A DNA stretch of 32,000 nucleotides from an uncultured Chloroflexia bacterium (GTDB lineage Bacteria; Chloroflexota; Anaerolineae; Anaerolineales; Anaerolineaceae): contig OY969938.1 in the NCBI GenBank assembly GCA_963704755.1, forward strand, positions 2,130,001 through 2,162,000, in the 5' to 3' direction. Made by a program: the position numbers and the translations under genes. The notes beneath the pieces are model-generated. The model had not been told where the DNA came from and searched no databases. It saw only the letters and a list, made by a program, of their open reading frames with translations. This document shows positions 16,019 to 24,873 of this stretch, piece after piece; position 1 is the stretch's first letter; every line of letters begins with the position of its first letter.

Positions 16019-18586
16019 TTAACGTTTAACCTCAGGTAAAAACAGCCAGTCACTGGCCAATACGCAATATGCCCCTGGCGTTACCGTGACGTTATCAACT
16101 CGCCACCAATAGTCATACGTAGCGTGGTAATAGTGGAACCGCAGGCGGACCGAGCTTTTACCTGCTGCCAGGCTGCTCAAGTTCAACGAAACGGTCCCCT
16201 CATAAGGATTGGTCCCCTTGAACTTTTCCCAGACATTGGTCCAGGTCTTACCGTTATCCAGGCTGATATCCACGTCGGCCTTGGCGATCTGGTTATCCGG
16301 GTTGTTGAAATAGTAACGGTATTCGGTATCAAAACTCAAATGAACGCTGGTCGCATCGTATAAATCCATAGTTGGGGTGATTAAGGCAGTATCCTGGCTG
16401 TTTTCGTATTGATACGCGTCACTGTCGACCTGGGCAAAACCACCCGAACTGTTCGCGAAGGAGATTCCGGAATTTGGCGATGTAAAGGTCCACACCTGCT
16501 GGTTTCCCAGGTAATCTACGTTCGACCATAAAGCCGGCAGGCTGGACTGCTCGAACGTCTGGCTTACACCGCCCATGCGGATGTACCCCAACGCCCCGCA
16601 GGTCTCTGGGTTGACCTGCAGGGCATAATCGTGTGTGCTGGCCGTACCGCCGGTCGTCAGGCTTTCCTCATTCAGCAAATAGTCGGAATATTTCGCCGCC
16701 ACTTTGACCTGGTAGGTCGTCTCGACGTACAGGCCGGTGCTGTACGCCCCCTGGAAGTCCGTCGTATCCTGAACGACCACTCCGCCGGATTGGTATGTAA
16801 TTGTCGCTGGCAGCGGGACGCCCCTGCCGGACCCATCCAGAACGTGCCCACTGATTTGCACGGTCGCTTTCGGACCCACGGCGACATTCACGGTGGTGGA
16901 TTCGTTGGTCAATACCTCTACGTTATCCACCAACTCGTCGTAATAGCCGTATTTGCTTACCACCACACTAAATGTGCCATTTGCCACCACCAGGCTGTAG
17001 CTGCCGTCGCTGGCGGTCTTGGTGCTGACAAAAGTGCTGCCACCTTGCTGAGCACTGACGCTGGCGCCTGCCAGGGGGTGATGGCTGCCCGAATCGGTGA
17101 CCACCCCGGTGATCTCCCCCGTATTGCACATCAACTGGCCGGCAGCCAGCACATTCAGGTAGCCGTTGCCAAAGGTGTAATTGCCACTCGTCCCCGCAGC
17201 CGGCGCACCGCAACTGCCCCCATCCGGCGCAGGGTCGGCGCTTTGCTGCAGGATCTGAAAGGTCTCGTCGATATTGCCCTTCAAGTAAGGCGCACACGAC
17301 CATAACAACGCAACCGCCCCCGCCACATGCGGAGACGCCATGGATGTGCCGCTCTCATACCCCCAGGTATTGGTGGGCAAAGATGAATTAATGAACGAAC
17401 CAGGCGCGACCAGGTTCGGTTTTACATAGGGGTCGTCACCAAAGCCACCTGGGCCTTTGCTGGAAAAGGCGGAAATCGCTCCGTCAGAAGAATACGACCC
17501 GGCCGAGAAGGATTCCTGGTAGTCGGAAGGCGAACCCACGCTGCTGCACGTGCCTTCGTTGCCGGCCGAAAAAGCCGGAAAAATACCCGCTGCCCGCCAG
17601 GCCTTTACCGTCGCAAGGAACCAGTCTTCACCCCCGGCTCCCCCCCAGGAGTTATTGACGATTTGGGGCCGGTTATCCGGGTCGCCGCCGGGCGCCAGGA
17701 TCCATTCGGCACAGGCCTGCAAGGTATCATTCGCACAGTTTGTATCAGCACAGCCTTTACAGGCAATCCAGGTCGCCCCTGGCGCCATGCCGACATTGTA
17801 GGCCAGTGACGAGGAGTTGCTGCCCACCATGGTTCCCATCGTGTGGGTGCCATGCCCGTTATTGTCGCAGGGCGTTCCGGCAGGGCAGACGTTGGTAGGG
17901 TCGTACCAGCAGGAAGGGTCACCTGGGTTAGCGCCTGCACACTGGTAGGCGTTTGCCAGCGCCGGATGGTTGTACTGCACCCCTGTATCAATATTGGCCA
18001 CCCGGATGTTCTCGCCGGTGTCGGAAAAGGTGGACCAAAAGTCCGTGGCGTGGGTGGCGGTCAGGCCCCAATCGGTGACCGCCTGGGTGGTCTCCTGCGG
18101 ATCGATTGCTGAATAATTGTTCCAGGTTTCCAGCCCACCGGTATCGATGTGCGCCTCGACGGGGGCGTGTACGCTTTCCACCCCGGGTAAATCGGTGATC
18201 AATTCTAGCGTGTTCCGGGTACCCTGGTACACATATATTTCATTACTGGCGATAAACGATCTGAAACGCAAACCGGATCGCTTTAAAGTAGCGAGCACGT
18301 CTGCCTGGCTTTCCGCCGCGGTTGCTTTCAAGGTATTGTAAACAAAACGGCCGCGCTCGTTCCAATCGGTCATGGCGTAGGCCGGGCTCAAATCAGCCTG
18401 GTCCGCCATGACGATCACAAAATCGGCCTGGCCCTGGGTATCGATCGCTTGAGTGACGGCCTGATCCACCGTGACGCCGGGGGGAGGCTCCTGCGCCGCC
18501 ACTCCTGGCGGGCTCGACAGGGCCAGAAAGATCGCGAAACTGACGGCCAGTAGGGCCAAAATAATAAACCATCGCCGGTGATTCAT
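16019..18586 (-). CDS. Secreted subtilisin-like serine protease (peptidase S8) with an N-terminal propeptide, carboxypeptidase-regulatory-like beta-sandwich repeats and a C-terminal MAM/choice-of-anchor-J-like domain
   Basis: Signal peptide present. Catalytic triad contexts are VANIDTGV, HGTHTMGT and SGTSMASPHVAG. GVVTDSG...PLAGASVSA has a CarboxypepD_reg-like pattern. Strong SD AAGGAGAG. Confidence 0.9.
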   Translation of the reverse strand: MNHRRWFIILALLAVSFAIFLALSSPPGVAAQEPPPGVTVDQAVTQAIDTQGQADFVIVMADQADLSPAYAMTDWNERGRFVYNTLKATAAESQADVLATLKRSGLRFRSFIASNEIYVYQGTRNTLELITDLPGVESVHAPVEAHIDTGGLETWNNYSAIDPQETTQAVTDWGLTATHATDFWSTFSDTGENIRVANIDTGVQYNHPALANAYQCAGANPGDPSCWYDPTNVCPAGTPCDNNGHGTHTMGTMVGSNSSSLAYNVGMAPGATWIACKGCADTNCANDTLQACAEWILAPGGDPDNRPQIVNNSWGGAGGEDWFLATVKAWRAAGIFPAFSAGNEGTCSSVGSPSDYQESFSAGSYSSDGAISAFSSKGPGGFGDDPYVKPNLVAPGSFINSSLPTNTWGYESGTSMASPHVAGAVALLWSCAPYLKGNIDETFQILQQSADPAPDGGSCGAPAAGTSGNYTFGNGYLNVLAAGQLMCNTGEITGVVTDSGSHHPLAGASVSAQQGGSTFVSTKTASDGSYSLVVANGTFSVVVSKYGYYDELVDNVEVLTNESTTVNVAVGPKATVQISGHVLDGSGRGVPLPATITYQSGGVVVQDTTDFQGAYSTGLYVETTYQVKVAAKYSDYLLNEESLTTGGTASTHDYALQVNPETCGALGYIRMGGVSQTFEQSSLPALWSNVDYLGNQQVWTFTSPNSGISFANSSGGFAQVDSDAYQYENSQDTALITPTMDLYDATSVHLSFDTEYRYYFNNPDNQIAKADVDISLDNGKTWTNVWEKFKGTNPYEGTVSLNLSSLAAGKSSVRLRFHYYHATYDYWWRVDNVTVTPGAYCVLASDWLFLPEVKR

Positions 18587-18706
18587 TTCCCTCTCTCCTT
18601 AACCATCACGGCGGAGCGGATGCCGTTCTGTTTCGTCATCGGTCGTGCCGGCCCGGATAGCCTCCGGATTTCCGCCCCCTCAGGTTAAATTCAGGCTGCT
18701 TTCCGG

Positions 18707-19798
18707 TTATTCGTTGCCCGGTGTCAGCCCAAGCTGGTGGGCCTGGTCATAGCTTAGCCCATCCGCTTCGTCAGTTGATTGGGTTTCGCCTTCCAGAGCC
18801 TGCTTCCAAAATTCCTCAACACGTTCCGGTACCAATCTTCTGGATGATTTCGTCAGGGTGGCGGCCAGCTCGTCTAACTTTGGCTCGGCCTCGCCTAACG
18901 CCGCCATTTCCTCGATCTCCTCTGCCTCAGCAGCGGCCGGGTGAACCGGCAGCTTTTCCATGAGGGTCTCCACCGGCGCATAAAAACGCACGTCCATTCC
19001 TTCCAAAACACCGGCCAGGTCTTTCTGGGCCTCGAAAACAACCTCCTGGGCAATTGCCGTTCGCAGCCCGCTATGGTCATTGGAGTGGAAAATCGCCAGG
19101 GCAAATTCCCCCACCGGCGCCAGGGTCAGGTTATAGGGCTCACCGCGAAAGGACAGGCTCGCCTGGGGCAGGCCGGGGTGTACCACCCGCGCCACCTTGG
19201 AAGCGGCGCTTAAAGCTGCCATGACCGGCGGCGACCAGCGATTTTCGAAATCGAGATTCGTCAGTTCGCCCGCCTGGGCCACCACCCGGCCACGGTCATC
19301 GGCCATCAACACCAATTGAGCGCCTAATTCTACGCGCAAACGTCCCAAAATACCGGACAGCCGCTCTCCCGGCAGGCCGGGCGCATCGCTGTCCGTGGAC
19401 TGCGCATCCGCCGGGACCTTCACCGGCTCGAGCGGCTGGTTCAATAATTCTTGGGCAGTTTGTAAGAATTCGCCCACATGGATCGGCTTGCGCATAAACC
19501 GATCCGCCCCGGCTGCTTCCGCATCATGCACCAGCTTGGTATCGGTCATCCCGGTGATCATGATGAAACGGGTTTCCGGGCTGCGCCGGCGCACTTTCTT
19601 GAGCAGTTCGAAGCCCGACATCCCCGGTAAACGAATGTCTGCTACCATCAAGACGGCCGGCTGGCGGGATACTTCCAATAATGCTTCTTCGGCCGAGGGC
19701 ATCACCCGCACATCCAGGCCGGCATTCAAGGTCTCCAATGCCGTTTTCAACATCCGGCCAAGATCCAGGGCATCGTCGACGATCAAGACCCGTTTCAT
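18707..19798 (-). CDS. Response regulator: REC domain plus a non-DNA-binding C-terminal region (possibly roadblock/LC7-like)
   Basis: MKRVLIVDDA...VLMVADIRLPGMSGFELL...FMRKP is the REC domain. The C-terminal pattern LVLMADDRGRVVAQAG...YNLTLAPVGEFALAIF resembles Robl/LC7. Start taken at ATG 19798, which is preceded by GGTGAGGTGA. Confidence 0.75.
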   Translation of the reverse strand: MKRVLIVDDALDLGRMLKTALETLNAGLDVRVMPSAEEALLEVSRQPAVLMVADIRLPGMSGFELLKKVRRRSPETRFIMITGMTDTKLVHDAEAAGADRFMRKPIHVGEFLQTAQELLNQPLEPVKVPADAQSTDSDAPGLPGERLSGILGRLRVELGAQLVLMADDRGRVVAQAGELTNLDFENRWSPPVMAALSAASKVARVVHPGLPQASLSFRGEPYNLTLAPVGEFALAIFHSNDHSGLRTAIAQEVVFEAQKDLAGVLEGMDVRFYAPVETLMEKLPVHPAAAEAEEIEEMAALGEAEPKLDELAATLTKSSRRLVPERVEEFWKQALEGETQSTDEADGLSYDQAHQLGLTPGNE

Positions 19799-19892
19799 TC
19801 TCACCTCACCATCCATCTTTTACCCCATTCTTCAATTAAGGGATTGCCCGGTAAGAAAAGATCCAGGAATAACACAAGAATACTACCCGAAG

Positions 19893-19948
19893 GCTGTTAC
19901 GCCATGTGAAGAACACGTTTAAACATCAACCCCACATGGCGTAACAGC
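19893..19948. repeat. Perfect 16-bp inverted repeat with a 24-nt spacer between the opp operon end and the response-regulator gene
   Basis: gctgttacgccatgtg (19893-19908) pairs with cacatggcgtaacagc (19933-19948). The spacer contains the palindrome gtttaaac. Confidence 0.7.
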
Positions 19949-20073
19949 TTTCTTATTGCTCAGGCAGGTGAAAGAAGTTCCCCAACATAAGGAACCTGCC
20001 CTTTCAGGCTGAACAGTCACCGTCTTCACATTTACGGAATTCTTCTACGAAATCGGCATCCTTGCCGGGCGGA

Positions 20074-20292
20074 CTAATGACGACGTCTAAAACCAGTGTA
20101 CATGACCAGCCCGATTATCGCAAGGATCAAACCAACCATTGATGCCGTAAAAGAAAAAAAGTTCAGGAAATAGGTGCTGGTCAAGACCTGCATCACCATC
20201 AACAGTGGCAGGACAACCCCGAGCAGCATCAAGAATACTCCGAGGGCTATAAAACCCTTGGGACCCATCCGGCTCATTTCAGCAGCCAACAA
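20074..20292 (-). CDS. Small hydrophobic two-TM protein at the distal end of the opp operon
   Basis: 72-aa ORF overlapping the oppF stop by 19 nt, with two long hydrophobic helices. No recognisable family. Confidence 0.4.
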   Translation of the reverse strand: MLAAEMSRMGPKGFIALGVFLMLLGVVLPLLMVMQVLTSTYFLNFFSFTASMVGLILAIIGLVMYTGFRRRH

Positions 20293-21311
20293 GAAGCGTA
20301 ATGTTCAGGTGAAGGGTTGAATTCAGGTGGATCTTCGACGTCACACAGACCCTTCATCATATGGGGACAGCGCGGATTGAAGCGGCAGCCAACCGGCGGA
20401 TTGACCAGGCTGGGCGGTTCACCTGGCGGAATCTCGCGCATGACTTCCGCGTTGTGAGCATCTGGGTCGGAGGTGGCAGCCAGCAAAGCATGGGTGTAGG
20501 GGTGCGCGGCTCTGAAGAGCAAGTCCTCTACCTTGGCTTTTTCGATGATCTGGCCGGCATACATCACGAAGATATACTCGGAAAAATAGCGGACCGTGGA
20601 AAGGTCATGCGTGATGTAGATGACCGCCAGATCGTGTTTTTCTTGCAGGCCGCGCAGCAGTTTGAGGATCTCGACCCGGACGGAAGCATCCAGCATGGAT
20701 ACGGGCTCATCCGCCACCAACAGCTTGGGGTTCAAAATCATCGCCCGCGCGATGACCACCCGCTGCTGCTGCCCGCCCGAGATCATATGGGGAAACTTGG
20801 GCAGATATTCATCGACCGGGGTGAGCTTAACCTCTTCCATGGCAGCACGCACCCGGTCCAGGCGCTCATTCTTATCGCGTACGCCATGGACGATCAATGG
20901 CTCTTCCAGGATACGCTGCACATTCATAAAAGGCGGCAGAGCCCCGTATGGATCCTGCTGCACATAACCGACCTGAGACCGGTACCAGTGCAGCTGCGGG
21001 CCGCTAAAATTGCTGATATCCTGGCCATCGTAGGTGATCTTGCCTTTGATCGGCTTATTGATGCCCAGGATGGTTTTCATCAGGCTGGATTTTCCGCAGC
21101 CGCTTTCGCCTACCACGGCGATCGCCTCACGACGGTTGAGGTCAAACGTGACACCATCCACCGCACGGACGTAGCCGGCGTGCCCAAACCCGAACCTGCG
21201 TAACTCGAACCAAACGTGCAGGTTTTCGATTTTTAGCAGCGGCTCCTCGACGTTCTGGTTGGCCGGGTTGGCCTGGACGGCGGTATTCTCTTTCGTTAGT
21301 TCATTTTCCAT
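20274..21311 (-). CDS. oppF: Oligopeptide/dipeptide ABC transporter ATP-binding protein (OppF/DppF-type)
   Basis: Walker [10 protein letters not shown], signature ISGGQQQRV, Walker B LLVADEPVS. C-terminal oligo_HPY region with CRFNPRCP. Confidence 0.9.
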   Translation of the reverse strand: MENELTKENTAVQANPANQNVEEPLLKIENLHVWFELRRFGFGHAGYVRAVDGVTFDLNRREAIAVVGESGCGKSSLMKTILGINKPIKGKITYDGQDISNFSGPQLHWYRSQVGYVQQDPYGALPPFMNVQRILEEPLIVHGVRDKNERLDRVRAAMEEVKLTPVDEYLPKFPHMISGGQQQRVVIARAMILNPKLLVADEPVSMLDASVRVEILKLLRGLQEKHDLAVIYITHDLSTVRYFSEYIFVMYAGQIIEKAKVEDLLFRAAHPYTHALLAATSDPDAHNAEVMREIPPGEPPSLVNPPVGCRFNPRCPHMMKGLCDVEDPPEFNPSPEHYASCWLLK

Positions 21312-21329
21312 GCTTTTCGCCTCCAGCCA

Positions 21330-22286
21330 CTAATTGTATAACCAGCAGCGTACCTGCCGGCCGTCCTGGTTGATAACCGGGGGTTCTTCGACGCATTTTT
21401 CAAACCGAGACGGGCAGCGAGCTGCAAACCGGCAGCCCGTCGGAGGGTTGATCAGACTGGGGGGCTGGCCTGTAATGAACTCAGGCTCAACAACAGCACG
21501 CATCTTCGGTACACTGGCCATTAATTTTTTCGAATAAGGATGGAGCGGCTCCGAAAAGAATTGGTATGCTTCGCTGACTTCGACGATCTGACCGGCGTAC
21601 ATCACGGCCACCCGGTCCGCCAGCTCACTGGAGGTGGCGATATCGTGCGTAATCAAGATGAAGCTGGTCGCGATTTCTTTCTTGATCCGCTTCAACAAAT
21701 TCATGATGTTGGCCTGGGTCAGCACATCCAGGGCCGAGGTCGGCTCGTCCAAAATGACCAGGTCAGGCGCGGTCACCAGAGACATGGCGATGGCAACCCG
21801 CTGGCGCATACCGCCGCTCAGCTCGAAAGCGTAACGGTTGACAAAATCGGTCGGTACGCCCACTCGCTGGAACATATTCCGGGCCTGGTTGATAGCCTCA
21901 TCTTTGGGAACGCCGTTGTGGACCATCATCGGCTCGGCCACCTGGTCGCCCACCCGCAGAACCGGGTTGAGCGAGTTCATGGCTGCCTGCGGTACCATCG
22001 ACATTTTTACCCAGCGAACCTCCTGGCGGTAGGTTTCATCGTTCATCGCCATCAGGTCCACCCCGTTGAGGTAAACATGGCCATCGTACCGATCCACGTT
22101 TCGGGGCAGCAGCCGTAAAAGAGCCTTCGCCATAGAGCTTTTTCCACAGCCCGACTCGCCAATAATTACGGTGGCCTGGTTATAATCCAACGTAAAATTG
22201 ACTCCATCGACTGCCTGGACGATACCCCGGCTGGCTTTGAAGTAGAGTTTTAAATCTTCTACGCGTAGCAGTGTTTTTTCTGGCAT
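21330..22286 (-). CDS. oppD: Oligopeptide/dipeptide ABC transporter ATP-binding protein (OppD/DppD-type)
   Basis: Walker [10 protein letters not shown], signature LSGGMRQRV, Walker [11 protein letters not shown]-terminal CRFAARCP motif. Confidence 0.9.
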   Translation of the reverse strand: MPEKTLLRVEDLKLYFKASRGIVQAVDGVNFTLDYNQATVIIGESGCGKSSMAKALLRLLPRNVDRYDGHVYLNGVDLMAMNDETYRQEVRWVKMSMVPQAAMNSLNPVLRVGDQVAEPMMVHNGVPKDEAINQARNMFQRVGVPTDFVNRYAFELSGGMRQRVAIAMSLVTAPDLVILDEPTSALDVLTQANIMNLLKRIKKEIATSFILITHDIATSSELADRVAVMYAGQIVEVSEAYQFFSEPLHPYSKKLMASVPKMRAVVEPEFITGQPPSLINPPTGCRFAARCPSRFEKCVEEPPVINQDGRQVRCWLYN

Positions 22287-22291
22287 AGTGG

Positions 22292-23631
22292 TTACACCGT
22301 CCGTAGTCTTGGGTTGAAAACGCGGTCCAGGGCATATCCTACGACAGAGAACGCCAACCCGGTGATCATCAATAACGCAGAGGGCTCAAGTACCCAATAA
22401 TACCAACCCTGGTAAAGGGCGCCTTGCGATTCGGCATCCTGAATGATTTTTCCCCAGGTTGGCAGGGTCGGATCGCCCAACCCCAAGATTGCCAGAGAGG
22501 CTTCCAGGAACACATACGACGGGATCAAAACAATGAATTGCGGGATTAGAAGTGGGATCAACCGCGGGATCATGTATTGAAAAATAATGCGAGAATCACT
22601 GGCACCGTAAGAGCGTGCCGCCTCGATATACGGCGATTCCTTGATCTGCATCAGCACTGCCCGGAAGGTTTTGATGCCCTGTCCAAAAATACTCAACAAA
22701 ATGACCGCGCCTAAGATCACGAATATACTTCGTGAATAGAACGTACCGATCATAATCAGGATGGGTAAGAAAGGTAACACCAGGTTGATCTCGGTGATCC
22801 GCTGCAGGATCATGTCCACCCAGCCGCCGAACCAGGCGCTGATGGCCGCGATGATCAGTTGCAGCAGCGAAGTACCTACTGCGGCTAACAGGCCAAACAG
22901 CAGGGCGATCGGCGTTCCCCAAAGCAAAGCCACACCCAGGTCGCGGCGCAGGTGATCGGTGCCGGCCCAACCGGCCAACTGGCCGTACACCACCAACTCG
23001 GCCGAAACGTCTGCATTCTTGTCGAACGTGACTGCTTCGATCTTCAGCGTGTACGTGCCTTTGACCATGGTGGTCGAGCCTTTTTCTTAAGGTTGGTGAA
23101 CAGCGCTTTGGAGGCCACCACCCCACCCAACTTGCGGGTTACCTTCTGATCCTGGTCCATCCGGTAAGTGTACTTACGATCGATGGAGAAATTGCCTAAG
23201 CGCGTTTCGGTGCCATCCGGGCTGATCCAGGTCAACCCAACAAATGGCGCCTTCGAATCAAAATTGGAGGTGAAATAAAGGGACATGTCATCCGGGAAAC
23301 CGTCGAAGTCGTAATTGAACGGGATCTCATAGGTGATGGCGTTCCCATCTCCGGCGTCTTTGACTGTCTTGGTGATGGCCGTATCGGTGTCGGTTTTCAG
23401 ATCGAGGGTTTCCGGCAGTTTCTCTGAACGGAACCAGTTGTACCAAACCGGGGCAGCATTCTTTGGATTTTGATACCAATCCGCCTCATTACCCCGCCAC
23501 AATTCAACGGCTCTGCCGTAAGGGATACTGACCACAGCATAAACGGCAACGGCTGCCAGGGCTAAAATAATCACAACGCCGGCGATAACCGAGGGGTAAC
23601 GAAATATCTCTTTAAGGGTCTTCAGATTCAT
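22292..23631 (-). CDS. oppC: OppC/DppC-type ABC permease with a long extracytoplasmic N-terminal loop; frame broken at a homopolymer (23081-23085)
   Basis: The 195-aa ORF (23044-23631) holds a TM anchor plus an extracytoplasmic region. The 258-aa ORF (22292-23068) holds the permease core with the EAA-type loop YIEAARSYGASDSRIIFQYMIPRL. They are contiguous halves in different frames. ATGA overlap with oppB. Confidence 0.85.
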
Positions 23632-24845
23632 GCGCTTACCCCTTGACCACCAATCTTCACCCGTGGATCAACCAAAGCATAGACCAGGTCGAGAATAAAG
23701 ACCGTGATCGTCAGCAGGTATGAAAAGACAACCGTCTCGCCAATAATGACCGGCGTGTCAAATACATTAACCGCCTGGAATAGCGCTCGTCCCAACCCGG
23801 GCCAGTTAAAAATCGTCTCGAAAATAGGCGCACCTAACCAGGCATTGATTACCAGCAGCGCAAAAGTGGTAATAATGGTCGGCAGTGTAGGCCGGAGAAT
23901 GTACCTGTTTTGAATAGCATTACCCGGAAGGCCTTTTGCTTTGGCCATATCCACATAATCTTCACTGGAATAGATCAGGAAGAAGGTACGCCAGGAAAAG
24001 ATGCTCAAGAAAATCTGGCTAATCGTGTAAGCCAAAATTGGCAGCACCAGGTGTTTCCCCAAACTCAGTAAATAACCAATTGCAGTCGGTGGCGGTGGAG
24101 AATCCACCATGCCGCCAAACGGCAAAACTTTCCAGACCGATGCGAAAAGCAAGATCAGGAAAATTCCGTAGAACCAGCCTGGGGCGGATGAGAGGGGAGT
24201 CAGGGCAACACTCAATTTATCCAGGAAGCTGCCATAACTCCGCGAAAGGCCCAAGGCGACAAACAATGCCAGGAAAAAGAGCACAATATCGGCTATACCA
24301 AACAATACCAGAGTCGCGGGTAGCCTTTCCAGGATGATCATCCGGACCTCGTTTGAGCCAGAGTTACTGGCCATATAGAAGGCCCGCCCAAGGTTGAGTG
24401 TGATGGCGTCTTTCAAGAAATTGAAGCTGCGCACCATAAAAGGTTGGTCCAGGCCAATGGCATGTTCCCGGCTCCCGATCATATTGTTAGCCATAGTGGT
24501 ACGCTCATCCGCAGTCAAGTTTCGGTAAGCCGGATTACCTGCCAGAAGCGAATTTACATCCTCCCGGATTTGGGATTTGCGGATGGTATCGACATAACCG
24601 CCCATGTTGGCGATCAGGATAGTCAGGTAAAGACCGATCACGACTGTGATGGCAAGAGTCAGCAGGCGCACGGCGGTGTACCTGGCCACCCGTGTTAGAG
24701 TATCAACCGCCGCGCTCCTTGTTTTGACCTTCCTGCCGGTTGGGGCAGATAGAGGTGAGCTTAACTCAGCCAAAGTTTTTTTCTCGCTTTCATTAAAAAA
24801 TTGTTCGATGGGGGCGGGTTGCCCCGCCCCTATCGATTTATTCAT
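23628..24845 (-). CDS. oppB: OppB/DppB-type ABC permease
   Basis: Multi-TM protein with the EAA loop YVDMAKAKGLPGNAIQNRYILRPTL. It sits between the binding-protein gene and oppC. Confidence 0.85.
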   Translation of the reverse strand: MNKSIGAGQPAPIEQFFNESEKKTLAELSSPLSAPTGRKVKTRSAAVDTLTRVARYTAVRLLTLAITVVIGLYLTILIANMGGYVDTIRKSQIREDVNSLLAGNPAYRNLTADERTTMANNMIGSREHAIGLDQPFMVRSFNFLKDAITLNLGRAFYMASNSGSNEVRMIILERLPATLVLFGIADIVLFFLALFVALGLSRSYGSFLDKLSVALTPLSSAPGWFYGIFLILLFASVWKVLPFGGMVDSPPPPTAIGYLLSLGKHLVLPILAYTISQIFLSIFSWRTFFLIYSSEDYVDMAKAKGLPGNAIQNRYILRPTLPTIITTFALLVINAWLGAPIFETIFNWPGLGRALFQAVNVFDTPVIIGETVVFSYLLTITVFILDLVYALVDPRVKIGGQGVSA

Positions 24846-24873
24846 TGACTTTCTAGGTTATCTCTCGTCTTGC

